Shown: piece after piece, positions 1-8,965 of the stretch | Numbering within the stretch: position 1 is the first letter of the stretch | Layout of the letters: each line of letters starts with the position of its first letter | IMG/VR virus record: IMGVR_UViG_3300009037_000003 | Location: 1-64,000 of that record | Length of the DNA: 64,000 nucleotides | Source of the DNA: a virus | Taxonomy: Duplodnaviria > Caudoviricetes | Direction: 5' to 3' (one strand) | Notes under the pieces: model-generated | What the model was told of the DNA's origin: nothing | Seen by the model: the letters and a program-made list of their open reading frames with translations, nothing else | The model's database searches: none | Position numbers and translations under genes: made by a program

Positions 1-178
1 CCGGTTATCGGACCTTGCCGCATCCGGTTATCGGACCTTGCCGCATCCGGTTATCGGACCTTGCCGCGCCCGGTTATCGGACGTTGCCGCGTCCGGTTAT
101 CGGACGTTGCCGCGTCCGGTTATCGGACCTTGCCGCGTCCGGTTATCGGACCTTGCCGCATCCGGTTATCGGACGTGC
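1..178. repeat. Tandem array of a 23-bp unit CCGGTTATCGGAC(C/G)TTGCCGC(A/G)(T/C), 7 full copies plus 1 partial; may continue left of the window
   Basis: Units start at 1, 24, 47, 70, 93, 116, 139 and 162 with no spacers. Confidence 0.97.
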
Positions 179-795
179 CGGAGCTGCACATTATCGGACC
201 GTCACAATAACCAGTTTAGCATGCCCGAGAATATCATCCCTTGTGCGTCTTGCAATGCGGATTCTAATGATAGGACGTAGGTTATTATTGTTAACGTATG
301 ATAATATCTATTGACCGGCGATAACCAGACGGCACCAGCCATATTATTGGACAGGCGATTCCCTGGCGGCGAATAACGATATTATAAGAGCACGCTCCGG
401 CTGTCGGCAAACATTGATATTATCGGGTGCCAGAAAGCGGACGCAAAGATTATCGAACCGGGACGTTGTTCCGCTGATAATGTCACGCGAGACGCTGGCG
501 AGACCGCCGCTTTTTTTTCGGTATAATTATTTGCCTGACGGTATAACTAACGCTATGATACAATGTGAGAAGAGAAGAGAGAGAAAGAAAAGAAAAGAAT
601 GAATTGAATACGCTGGCGATTGATTCGCCGGTCCGATAACGTAAAACGACCGACGTATGTAACGTCCGATAAGTATCGGGCGGAACATTATCGGTCTTAA
701 TAGTGTAGATTGGTCCGATAACTACTTGTCTGTCCCGTAGTCGGGACGGAGTAGTCGCGGCTTACGGGACGGACGTTTCCATGAGGGATTGACCT

Positions 796-1110
796 ATGTC
801 AACGTCTAACACCGTAACGGGGACCGAGTTTGGGGTGGCCGAGTTTCTGGCGTCGGCTCGTTTCTACGACCAGAACCGCAAGGCCGTCGATCTTCAGGCG
901 GAGTATCCGTCTCTTGAAGCGGCACTGGAAGCCGTCACGCAGGGATGGAACATCGTCCAGAACATGATCGATGACGGTGCGGGATATACTCCGGCCGCTC
1001 AATTGGGGTTTGGGTCCGAAAGCGCAGCGGCTATCGGCGAATCGATCCGCGGTTTGCGTCCGACCCCGAGTAAGATCCGGTCCCTGTTCGCCAAGGCAGG
1101 CAAGAAGTAG
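796..1110 (+). CDS. First early protein, hypothetical (104 aa)
   Basis: ATG preceded by GAGGG, GC-rich third positions, followed by a strong hairpin. Confidence 0.75.
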   Translation: MSTSNTVTGTEFGVAEFLASARFYDQNRKAVDLQAEYPSLEAALEAVTQGWNIVQNMIDDGAGYTPAAQLGFGSESAAAIGESIRGLRPTPSKIRSLFAKAGKK

Positions 1111-1127
1111 TCGGAGTGTGTACCGGA

Positions 1128-1165
1128 CCGCGCTCGTCCTATATCCTCTCGTGGGGCGAGCGCGG
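1128..1165 (+). terminator. Strong hairpin after the first ORF (terminator or ncRNA 5' stem)
   Basis: CCGCGCTCG (1128-1136) / CGAGCGCGG (1157-1165), extendable outward; no clear U-tract. Confidence 0.45.
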
Positions 1166-1987
1166 ATCGGTGGACATTCTGTCAAGTGAGATTGAATTGA
1201 CTGTTTGTCGGATAGTCACCGACTTATAGGTCCGGCTATATAATCGGATCAGCAGTCACCACAACCAATGGAGCGAGAAGTCCGGATAACTCTGGATATA
1301 CTCGGACGGGGTTGGGGTAGTCCCATAACCGCCGTAGTAGGGTCTAGTCGCGCAGAAGGTTTGCGCCAAGGGTCCGAACCGGAGTCAACGGTTATCGGAT
1401 GTAGCCAGTCCCAGAAGCGACACAACGCAGAGTCCGAGAATGCGGACTCGGTCTATGACGTAAAGCGTCACTGGACTAAGGACTTGGTTGGTCTTGATAA
1501 CAACCGGTACGCGTGGCAAGAACATCCGATTTCAGCGTCGGATAGTCGCAACCACCGGAAGTTGTCTGGACATAATACTAAGTCCGGTAAATCCAGCGAT
1601 TCTGTCATGGGCTAGGTACAGCCATGGGATAGGCATTCCTCATAGTCTCACTTCACAAAGCATACCACATATGACGTGTGCAACGGGTCTTATAACCGAA
1701 AGCTGAATCAATTATGGGGTCTATGGCGCGCGTCGTGGCGCGCTTTGACAAGTGGTACTTGGAATCGTCGGACGTTTAGTCTAGCAAGCTAGGTGTCTGA
1801 TGGTACGCCGAACGACATGGCGCGACTACTGAACACACAATCGATAAAAATACTTCTAGCAGTACGATTGGCGTGCCAGTAAGTCGTTAAACACAAAACT
1901 ACACGAAACCATCCTGAGGATAGTAGGCTAGGATTTACGTTCTTGGGGTGTTAGTTAATTCCCTGGCGCAGGGTTTAAATGCGCCGA

Positions 1988-2130
1988 TAGCAGTAAACCC
2001 CGGACAGCGGGGCAACAATTCGGGCGGCAAATGCTAGAAGTCGAGAAGCAAGTACCGGTGAAACCCCGGTTGTGAATTGGCCAAGGTTCCCGAAAAACCT
2101 CTGGCGCGGGTGCAATTCCCGTACTGCTAT
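1988..2130 (+). ncRNA. 143-nt RNA with tRNA-like acceptor stem and T-arm enclosing a multi-hairpin insert
   Basis: TAGCAGT (1988-1994) pairs with ACTGCTA (2123-2129), directly 3' of T-arm GCGGG-TGCAATT-CCCGT. Confidence 0.6.
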
Positions 2131-2869
2131 TTTATACAGCTCGTTTGGCACGACAACAAAGGTTATTATCTCCACTCCACAGCAGCCAATAAACCTAGTC
2201 GGACGCCTTGTGTCCCCCTATGGTAGAAAGGGGTGTTTGTTTCTGTATGGCGCACAGTAGTGTTGTTGATTAGGCCAAAGGCACTGCGGTCGAAGTTATT
2301 GTGTCGATGGCAGTTTAGTCTTTGTGTGTATGAAGGAAACGCAGATGCGCATAGTAACTTGCGAAAAAGCCGGAACACCGTCTCTGAATTTCGTCGACAT
2401 GAACAACAGAATGGTCGGTTTCGATGTTCAGCAGCATCGTTGGTGTATCAGCCGAAGCAATGCTCCGAAAGAAATGGTGTCCGACGACTCGATTATCGAA
2501 CGGCTGCAATTCGTCAACGGCGCGCCGCACACCGAGACCCCGCTCGTGTGTTTCGACCTTGTGGATCCGCAAACCGGTGACATGTACGTGCTCAAGTTGT
2601 CAAACACGCATAACGGCTACTACTGTCACGGCTTCGTCCAATAATGATTATCCTACCCTGTCTTGCGAAAGGAAGGCGCCCAGTGACTATCGATGATGTT
2701 TTTTCCTGTATGCATGAGAGCCACATCCGTCGCATCGAGCGGAAAAGTCGAGTTCTCGATGGTGTTCAGGTCTACTACTGGGAAATCGAGGAAACGTATG
2801 GGGCCAGAACGCAATCCTACGACATCACGTCGGACGAACTCGCCGACCTAACCGAAAGGAGTTGGCAAA

Positions 2870-3142
2870 ATGCATGACATTCCCGAGTATCACAATTTGA
2901 CGGAGTCGCAGAAGACGGCATGCGCCAGAGCGGCTTTCTTGGGTTGGGCGGAAGCCATCAGACTGTACGACAAGGACGGCAAGCACTGCTTGACTATCGT
3001 TCGCTGTTTCGATGACGGCGGGTTCGACTGGGCAACCCCTGACGGCAAAGTATTGTGGTGCGACGCCCTCGCTGAGGATGCTGCTCTCGTCGCCGTCTTG
3101 GGCAAAACTTTTGGCTACTCATCGCTAGATCGCAGGAGTTAA
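2870..3142 (+). CDS. Hypothetical early protein
   Basis: ATG ORF with AGGAG upstream, packed with neighbouring ORFs. Confidence 0.6.
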   Translation: MHDIPEYHNLTESQKTACARAAFLGWAEAIRLYDKDGKHCLTIVRCFDDGGFDWATPDGKVLWCDALAEDAALVAVLGKTFGYSSLDRRS

Positions 3143-3289
3143 GTATGATTTGCCATTTTCACCAAACCGACGATTCTGAGTGTGGATGCGTGCTTCGGCG
3201 GTGTCCCAAGTGTGGTCTTGGGATGATGTATCTGGGCGGCTACTTCTGTCCGGAGTGTGAGTTCAACAAAACTTTTGGAGACAAAGACG

Positions 3290-3490
3290 ATGGACACGAA
3301 CCGACTGGGACTTCTCGTCCAACTTGAAGTAGACAATACAGCTTGTAACGACGACCCCGGGGCCGAAATCGCCAGGATCTTGAAAGAATTGGTCGATACA
3401 GTGGAGTCGCGCTCGTCACTATTTCCGCAGACCATTCCACTGAAGGATGTCAACGGCAAAATCATTGGGGTCGCGAAGATCTACGAATAA
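3290..3490 (+). CDS. Small phage protein, 'DDPGxEIARILxEL' family, copy 1
   Basis: Clear paralog of 7841-8038 (DDPGAEIARILKELVDTVESRSS vs DDPGMEIARILRELADTMESRSS). Confidence 0.8.
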   Translation: MDTNRLGLLVQLEVDNTACNDDPGAEIARILKELVDTVESRSSLFPQTIPLKDVNGKIIGVAKIYE

Positions 3491-3703
3491 AGGCGCTGGG
3501 AGTATGACGAATTACCGACTCTTGATCGGATTTTACCTCTTGGCGTACTCGTATTTCCACACCATCAGAACCGGGATGTTATGGAGAAGGCTGTCGAGCA
3601 GAGCAATGGCGATGAGAATGTTCTGCGATGTCGTCTTTCTCGCGTGCGGCGTCACCGTTGTTGCTGGTGACTACTAAAGGTTTTCGATTTGAGGGGAGAC
3701 AAA

Positions 3704-3940
3704 ATGGCTATCGTAGGCGCAAGTTGCGAAGAATGTCGTCACTGGTCCGGCCCGCTCCCGAAGGATGACTGCGCCCCCGTTTGGGGATACTGCATGTTCA
3801 ACAATGTAACGTGCTATTCCAACGAACTTTGTGGCCAGTACGCCCCAACGGATGCCGTCAAGAGCAAAGACGAGACGAAGGATCTGGACATCGTAGTCAG
3901 CCGTCGCAGGGACGAATGGCTGCGAAAGGTTTTTTCTTGA
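3704..3940 (+). CDS. Small Cys-rich hypothetical protein
   Basis: GGGGAG RBS, CxxCxHW motif. Confidence 0.6.
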   Translation: MAIVGASCEECRHWSGPLPKDDCAPVWGYCMFNNVTCYSNELCGQYAPTDAVKSKDETKDLDIVVSRRRDEWLRKVFS

Positions 3941-4223
3941 GAGGAGTATCGGGTGCTAGGAAATATCCGAAAGAAAGTGAGGAATAATCCCGATGGATTT
4001 TGACCCAATCTACAACGACGGTCGGTATGCAATCGCCAGCGAGGATCCCCCCGGTTACTACGACGTATTCAACGTGTTGCGAGATCCGCAAACTGGCCAT
4101 ACGCGGTATATGCAGTGCGGATTCGTCTCTACTGTCCAACTGGCTAAGATATTCGAAGCTTCGGCCCAACTGATTTCGTCGCTCATGACAAGGGTCCGCT
4201 GAGCGCAAACGAGGAGTAACAAA

Positions 4224-4526
4224 ATGTACAGTGCCATGCCACCTGAAAATCCGAAAGAGTGTCCGGCTTGGTGGGAGAAACATCTCAAAGTAATGAAAAC
4301 TCTCGGGTACCCCGACGACATTCTCAACAAAATTCGTTTGTACATCAATAGCGAAACCGTCTACGGATACGGTGCGTGGGAAATCCGCCCAGGCCCTCTC
4401 GGACGATGGGACGTATTGTACCGCATCGCCGACAAACCGAACAAGACGGCAGTCAAAGCGTGTGGTATCAGCATCGGCGAGTATCTCAGCAGCTGCAGGA
4501 TCGAATACGGACACGTCTCCGAATAA
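4224..4526 (+). CDS. Hypothetical protein
   Basis: GAGGAG RBS and ATG. Confidence 0.65.
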   Translation: MYSAMPPENPKECPAWWEKHLKVMKTLGYPDDILNKIRLYINSETVYGYGAWEIRPGPLGRWDVLYRIADKPNKTAVKACGISIGEYLSSCRIEYGHVSE

Positions 4527-4811
4527 GATTGGACACACGTTCATGACTTATCGAGAATTGATTAGCAAAGCCGAAAAATTTGAATCTGCTTCTAGAACAG
4601 AGGGGTTCCCATGGGGAGAAACTCCGTCTTGGGTGGTCGGAGAACACGGTGACTTGCAGGTGACTATATCCCCAGATGATTATGGGAGGTATAGCGTTAT
4701 TTGTCGTTTTAGTGGCGGTCGCGCGAGAAAACCCTCGGCACGATGCAACGGCATCCGCCGTGCCATTCGGGTGGCGAATCGTCTTCTGAGTAACAAAAAG
4801 CACTAAGAACA

Positions 4812-5573
4812 ATGAATCTTGAGAGAAACACCGTGACCAAGAGAGCATGCGAAGAGTGTCGTTATTGGGTGTCTAATGCTGAAGTGTTGCCTTATTGCGG
4901 CGCCCCAGGAGATGGATACGACGAGGAAGAATGTCCGTTCGAACCGATAACGAAACAAAGGGCTATCTCAAAGAAAAATCTGCAACCACCAACCCAACCG
5001 ATGGCTCCGGTCCTAGCGAAAGTCGAAAAAAGTCCCACCGGGATTTTCAGAACTGTATTCGAACTGTCTCCCATGTGCAACAACGACGAGTGGGTGATAC
5101 ATAGCGAAACCCCAGTCGATAGACAAAAAGACTCAAGAATGGTTATGTGTCGTCCAGTGTATCAGATCGAAATCGACGATGGATTGAAAGTCGAACTCGG
5201 TCTCCGCCAAAGACTTGGATCAGAACCGGAAATTACAACACTGATAGACGCATTTTGGAGAGTAAGAGACGGTGTCGTCTCAGCTATGTCCTGGGGCGAT
5301 CTCGCACACGCCATTGCTCACCATGTAGCGTATACTTATTATGACTGCATGAGTGAGGGTATGCCTCTTTTCCAGCCAGTCGTAATCAGGATGATCTGTG
5401 AACAATGCAACGTACCTCTGGACACTCCAGTTTATCCCAAAATGGACAATCCGGAAGACGATACGTGGTACACGTTGGCGGACTTTCTTGGGGACTTTCC
5501 TCCCGACGACACTTACAAGGCGTTGGCGTCCAGGTGCTCGGTTCTCCAGCTCCCGTTACTCAAGGATAATTGA
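4812..5573 (+). CDS. Hypothetical protein with Cys motifs (253 aa)
   Basis: Long ORF, N-terminal CEECRYW similar to ORF 3704. Confidence 0.7.
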   Translation: MNLERNTVTKRACEECRYWVSNAEVLPYCGAPGDGYDEEECPFEPITKQRAISKKNLQPPTQPMAPVLAKVEKSPTGIFRTVFELSPMCNNDEWVIHSETPVDRQKDSRMVMCRPVYQIEIDDGLKVELGLRQRLGSEPEITTLIDAFWRVRDGVVSAMSWGDLAHAIAHHVAYTYYDCMSEGMPLFQPVVIRMICEQCNVPLDTPVYPKMDNPEDDTWYTLADFLGDFPPDDTYKALASRCSVLQLPLLKDN

Positions 5574-5813
5574 AAAGAGGAAAAATGAATACTGGTATTG
5601 TCGGAAGAATTGCAGTCCGTTATGGCATGACCAAAAAGGAAATGGTCGATTTGCTTAACGCCCACCCCCATAACGGGGCGTACGCCAAGACCGTATGTCG
5701 TAGGTGTGGGGCTTTCACCTACAACGTGTACTGCATGGCAGAAAACGTAAAAATCCTCGATTCCTGTAGTCAATGTCAGAGTGGGGCAGACTGAAAGGGG
5801 AGGGAGAAACGAA

Positions 5814-6242
5814 ATGTTTCTGGACGAGTGTGGGCACAATTTTCCAGAGGATGTTGCATCCGGGATCCTTGATGTTCTGGCAAGCCTATTGACTATGGAT
5901 AAAAAATACAGAATAGTGACGGCAATTGCCAGACTTGAGGCTGCTCTCCACGATTGGCGCGTCCTAGAAACCTTCAAAATGCAGTGGCCGAATCATTGCA
6001 AGACGTGTGATGGGTTTGGAGCAATTCTGTCTCAAGATAACACTGTTTCTCCATGCCCGGACTGCAACGGCAAACATCTTTGTCCAAGGTGTTCAACCCA
6101 AAGGGGAGTATTCAATATGAAAGATCCTTCCAGTGGGTGGACAAGACACGTTGATTGTCCAGAATGTGGGTACTTTGGTGAGTGTGAGCCCGTGAAAACG
6201 GTCGCCAAACGAGCCGTAATCGACCACACGACAGACCATTAA
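5814..6242 (+). CDS. Zn-finger protein with DnaJ-like CxxCxGxG motifs
   Basis: CKTCDGFG, CPDCNGK, CPRC, CPECG. Confidence 0.7.
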   Translation: MFLDECGHNFPEDVASGILDVLASLLTMDKKYRIVTAIARLEAALHDWRVLETFKMQWPNHCKTCDGFGAILSQDNTVSPCPDCNGKHLCPRCSTQRGVFNMKDPSSGWTRHVDCPECGYFGECEPVKTVAKRAVIDHTTDH

Positions 6243-6512
6243 GAGGCGCAGTGGAACAGGAAGGGTTTTCCCGATAACCTCTTCTAGGCCAGGCAATACG
6301 GAAGTGAGGGTATTCTCATGACTCAGGGATCTTACGGTCGATGGGTTCCTAATGGACACATGCGAATGGCTATCAGACCTCCGTTCATGGGTGTCCATTG
6401 CCAAAGGAGAAGGAATGATGATTCCTTATAAGTCCGACATAATAGTGGAGATCATGACTAGCGTCACGCTGGGGACAATTTTGTTGTGCGGGATCATCAC
6501 GAGGACTAGTAT

Positions 6513-6752
6513 ATGACAAAACAGGAATTATCGCGTGCCCTGGAAATCGCAAGGTCAAAAACCCAACTGTCTCATATCAACACCAGCATTTTCGACGGAT
6601 GCGCGCTCCAAGATTTTAAGCCGATCCATGTTACAATCGACGCCTTGGCCGCCTTCCTAAGATATCAGGTCGTCTGTTTCGACGGCTCGATTGATCAACA
6701 AGAACTCAACGATATTGCATCTTATGGTCGCCAACGTTTTATGGTCGTCTGA
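6513..6752 (+). CDS. Hypothetical protein
   Basis: GAGGA RBS, ATG ORF. Confidence 0.6.
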   Translation: MTKQELSRALEIARSKTQLSHINTSIFDGCALQDFKPIHVTIDALAAFLRYQVVCFDGSIDQQELNDIASYGRQRFMVV

Positions 6753-7320
6753 GTCGAGAGGAAACAACATGGCAGTCATGTCGATGGTTATGTTAGGGAC
6801 TGTTCTGCTTTGTGGCATCAAGAGTATCTTGGGCTTCCGCTGGGGCTGGGAAAAGTGTGAATGCTGCGGAAAACCTTGGAAAGATCATCACTAGAAGGAG
6901 AAAAACAATGACCAGCTGTGTCACGCAGACAGAATTGGTGCCGGGTACGAAAGTCCGTGGAAAGTTCGGTTATGGCATTGTCGTCGCAACGGGTCATGGA
7001 GCCCCCAAAGGCCGATGGGCAATCGTCAAGTGGGAATCACATCAAGAATGTGTAGCGTTCGACGAGATCCACCCTGTTAGGAAAGGCTGAGTCATGAGGA
7101 AGCTACCGAACCAATTGACAACTGACGAACAAATCCTGATGTACTTGGTTGACTGTACGTGTAGCACTCTCGCTGATCCGAGAGAGGAAACTGCGAATTT
7201 CAGTTCGTTCAACGGCTTCCCCAATCACCTTGTGCGTCGTGCGATGCGCTTGATCGTAGACCGCTTCAAGCTCCCCATCAGTGTCGACGACTGCATTTTC
7301 GAACACCAAAATGGGAGAAA

Positions 7321-7809
7321 TTGATGCCCTCCGAGAGTTTTATCGTCGCTATCGAGAAGTTGTGCGGACACCCACAGATACGGATGTGGCTCACGGATAT
7401 CGCAGTAGCATATGACCGAGAACTCAAAGTTATTCTACTTGGTGCCCCCATCGCCTGCCCCCACTGCGCCAGTTGGCACGGGGTTACAGAGTTCACGACA
7501 ATGGACTCAGAAACACTACGCCCAATCATCCACTGTGTCCAGTGTGGGTTCGATTTTACTCTACGCGCAGGGGTTACCACTCTGTTCGATATCAACACAG
7601 CCTACCCTCCAAACCGTCTACATTATGGAGTCGATATCTTCGAAGAAGACGTAATACGTATGCGGAAATACTGGCTTTCTTTGGATCCTGCTTTGAATAA
7701 TAAAGTGTTGGTTATCGCTACATCAAACCAGCCCCCAACCGCTGAGGATCTTGAACAACGGCTGCGAAAGGCTCGTGATTCGGCCCTACGAAAAATATTC
7801 GGAGCATGA
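7321..7809 (+). CDS. Zn-ribbon hypothetical protein
   Basis: CPHC and CVQC pairs. Confidence 0.65.
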   Translation: MMPSESFIVAIEKLCGHPQIRMWLTDIAVAYDRELKVILLGAPIACPHCASWHGVTEFTTMDSETLRPIIHCVQCGFDFTLRAGVTTLFDINTAYPPNRLHYGVDIFEEDVIRMRKYWLSLDPALNNKVLVIATSNQPPTAEDLEQRLRKARDSALRKIFGA

Positions 7810-7840
7810 CGGAGTAAGGATAATGAATACTGGCGAACAC

Positions 7841-8038
7841 ATGGAATACTCGGGGAGATTGCTCATCCAAATTGAGACATCTAACGCGGCTTTTGATGAT
7901 GACCCAGGGATGGAAATCGCGAGGATTCTGAGAGAGTTAGCTGATACTATGGAATCGAGATCTTCTTGGTTTCCGCAAACAATGATATTGCGGGACGTTA
8001 ATGGCAACAAAGTTGGCGCCGCAGAGGTGACATCATAA
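7841..8038 (+). CDS. Small phage protein, 'DDPGxEIARILxEL' family, copy 2
   Basis: Paralog of 3290-3490; start could also be 7823. Confidence 0.8.
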   Translation: MEYSGRLLIQIETSNAAFDDDPGMEIARILRELADTMESRSSWFPQTMILRDVNGNKVGAAEVTS

Positions 8039-8518
8039 ATGAACCTCAAACAACTTCAACAGATTTTTCCGAAAGCCACGGCAGAGACTTGGCATCAGCA
8101 TCCCAACGGTGGCGGCTGGGTTGAAAACACGGCTACGGTCGCCGATACGGCGTTCGTTGGACAAAACGCTTTGGTGTATGGCAAAGCGAAAGTTTCTGAC
8201 AAGGCTCGGGTCTATGACTCAGCCCAGGTCTACGGGCAAGCCGAAGTCTGCAACGAAGCACAGATTTATGGCAACGCAACAGTTTGCAATAAGTCACAGA
8301 TCTATGGCATGGCGCAAATCTTTGGAGATGCGGTGGTTAACGGTGAGGGGGTACTGGTGTACGACTGCGCAAAGGTGTGCGGCATGGCGTATGTAGAAGA
8401 TTTCGCTTGGGTGAGTGGTGAAGCCATTGTCGACGATAATGTAATAGTATGCAACAATGCCTGGGTTTTTGGGCAAGTTCATTTGCGTGGACTCATCCAG
8501 GTTTGCGGCGACACCTGA
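8039..8518 (+). CDS. Left-handed beta-helix (hexapeptide repeat) protein, paralog 1
   Basis: N-terminus LxQLQQIFPKATxETWHQHPNGGGWVENTA followed by xAxVYG 6-residue repeats. Confidence 0.9.
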   Translation: MNLKQLQQIFPKATAETWHQHPNGGGWVENTATVADTAFVGQNALVYGKAKVSDKARVYDSAQVYGQAEVCNEAQIYGNATVCNKSQIYGMAQIFGDAVVNGEGVLVYDCAKVCGMAYVEDFAWVSGEAIVDDNVIVCNNAWVFGQVHLRGLIQVCGDT

Positions 8519-8564
8519 ATCAGCCAACATGGAATCTCCTAGGGGTTCGCAGGTATAATTGATT

Positions 8565-8648
8565 GCCCATGTGGCGGAATTGGCAGACGCGAAAGATTCA
8601 AGATCTTTTATCCTAACGGGTGTGAGGGTTCGAATCCCTCCTTGGGCA
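8565..8648 (+). tRNA. tRNA-Leu(CAA)
   Basis: GCCCATG/CTTGGGC acceptor, AAAGA-TTCAAGA-TCTTT anticodon arm, long variable arm, GAGGG-TTCGAAT-CCCTC T-arm; CCA not encoded. Confidence 0.93.
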
Positions 8649-8965
8649 TTTTTAAGGAGAAAACAGTATGGCAAATCGCAAATCGTTATCAAAAATCGCT
8701 AAGACTATGGTCTCACTCAGTCCAAACCTTAAGCAAGACGGGTTGACCACTGATGAAATAATAGCGATTATGACCGATCTAGAGACATTAGACAATACCG
8801 GTAAATGGCGGTCACCTGCGTGGGCAAAAGAACTTGGCGATTATCTTGATGTTCCGCCTGGACACCCCAGCGTAACGTCTATCGGCTGGAGAGCTGTCGC
8901 TGTGAGTCTCATAAATCTTTTAAAGGCATAAGTGGTAGTAACTGAGTTTAATGAAAGGGTAATGA

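Noticed and set aside
1-314. ORFs 15-314 and 38-280, or a CRISPR array in the repeat
   Set aside because: The ORFs are translations of the 23-bp repeat, and the units abut with no unique spacers
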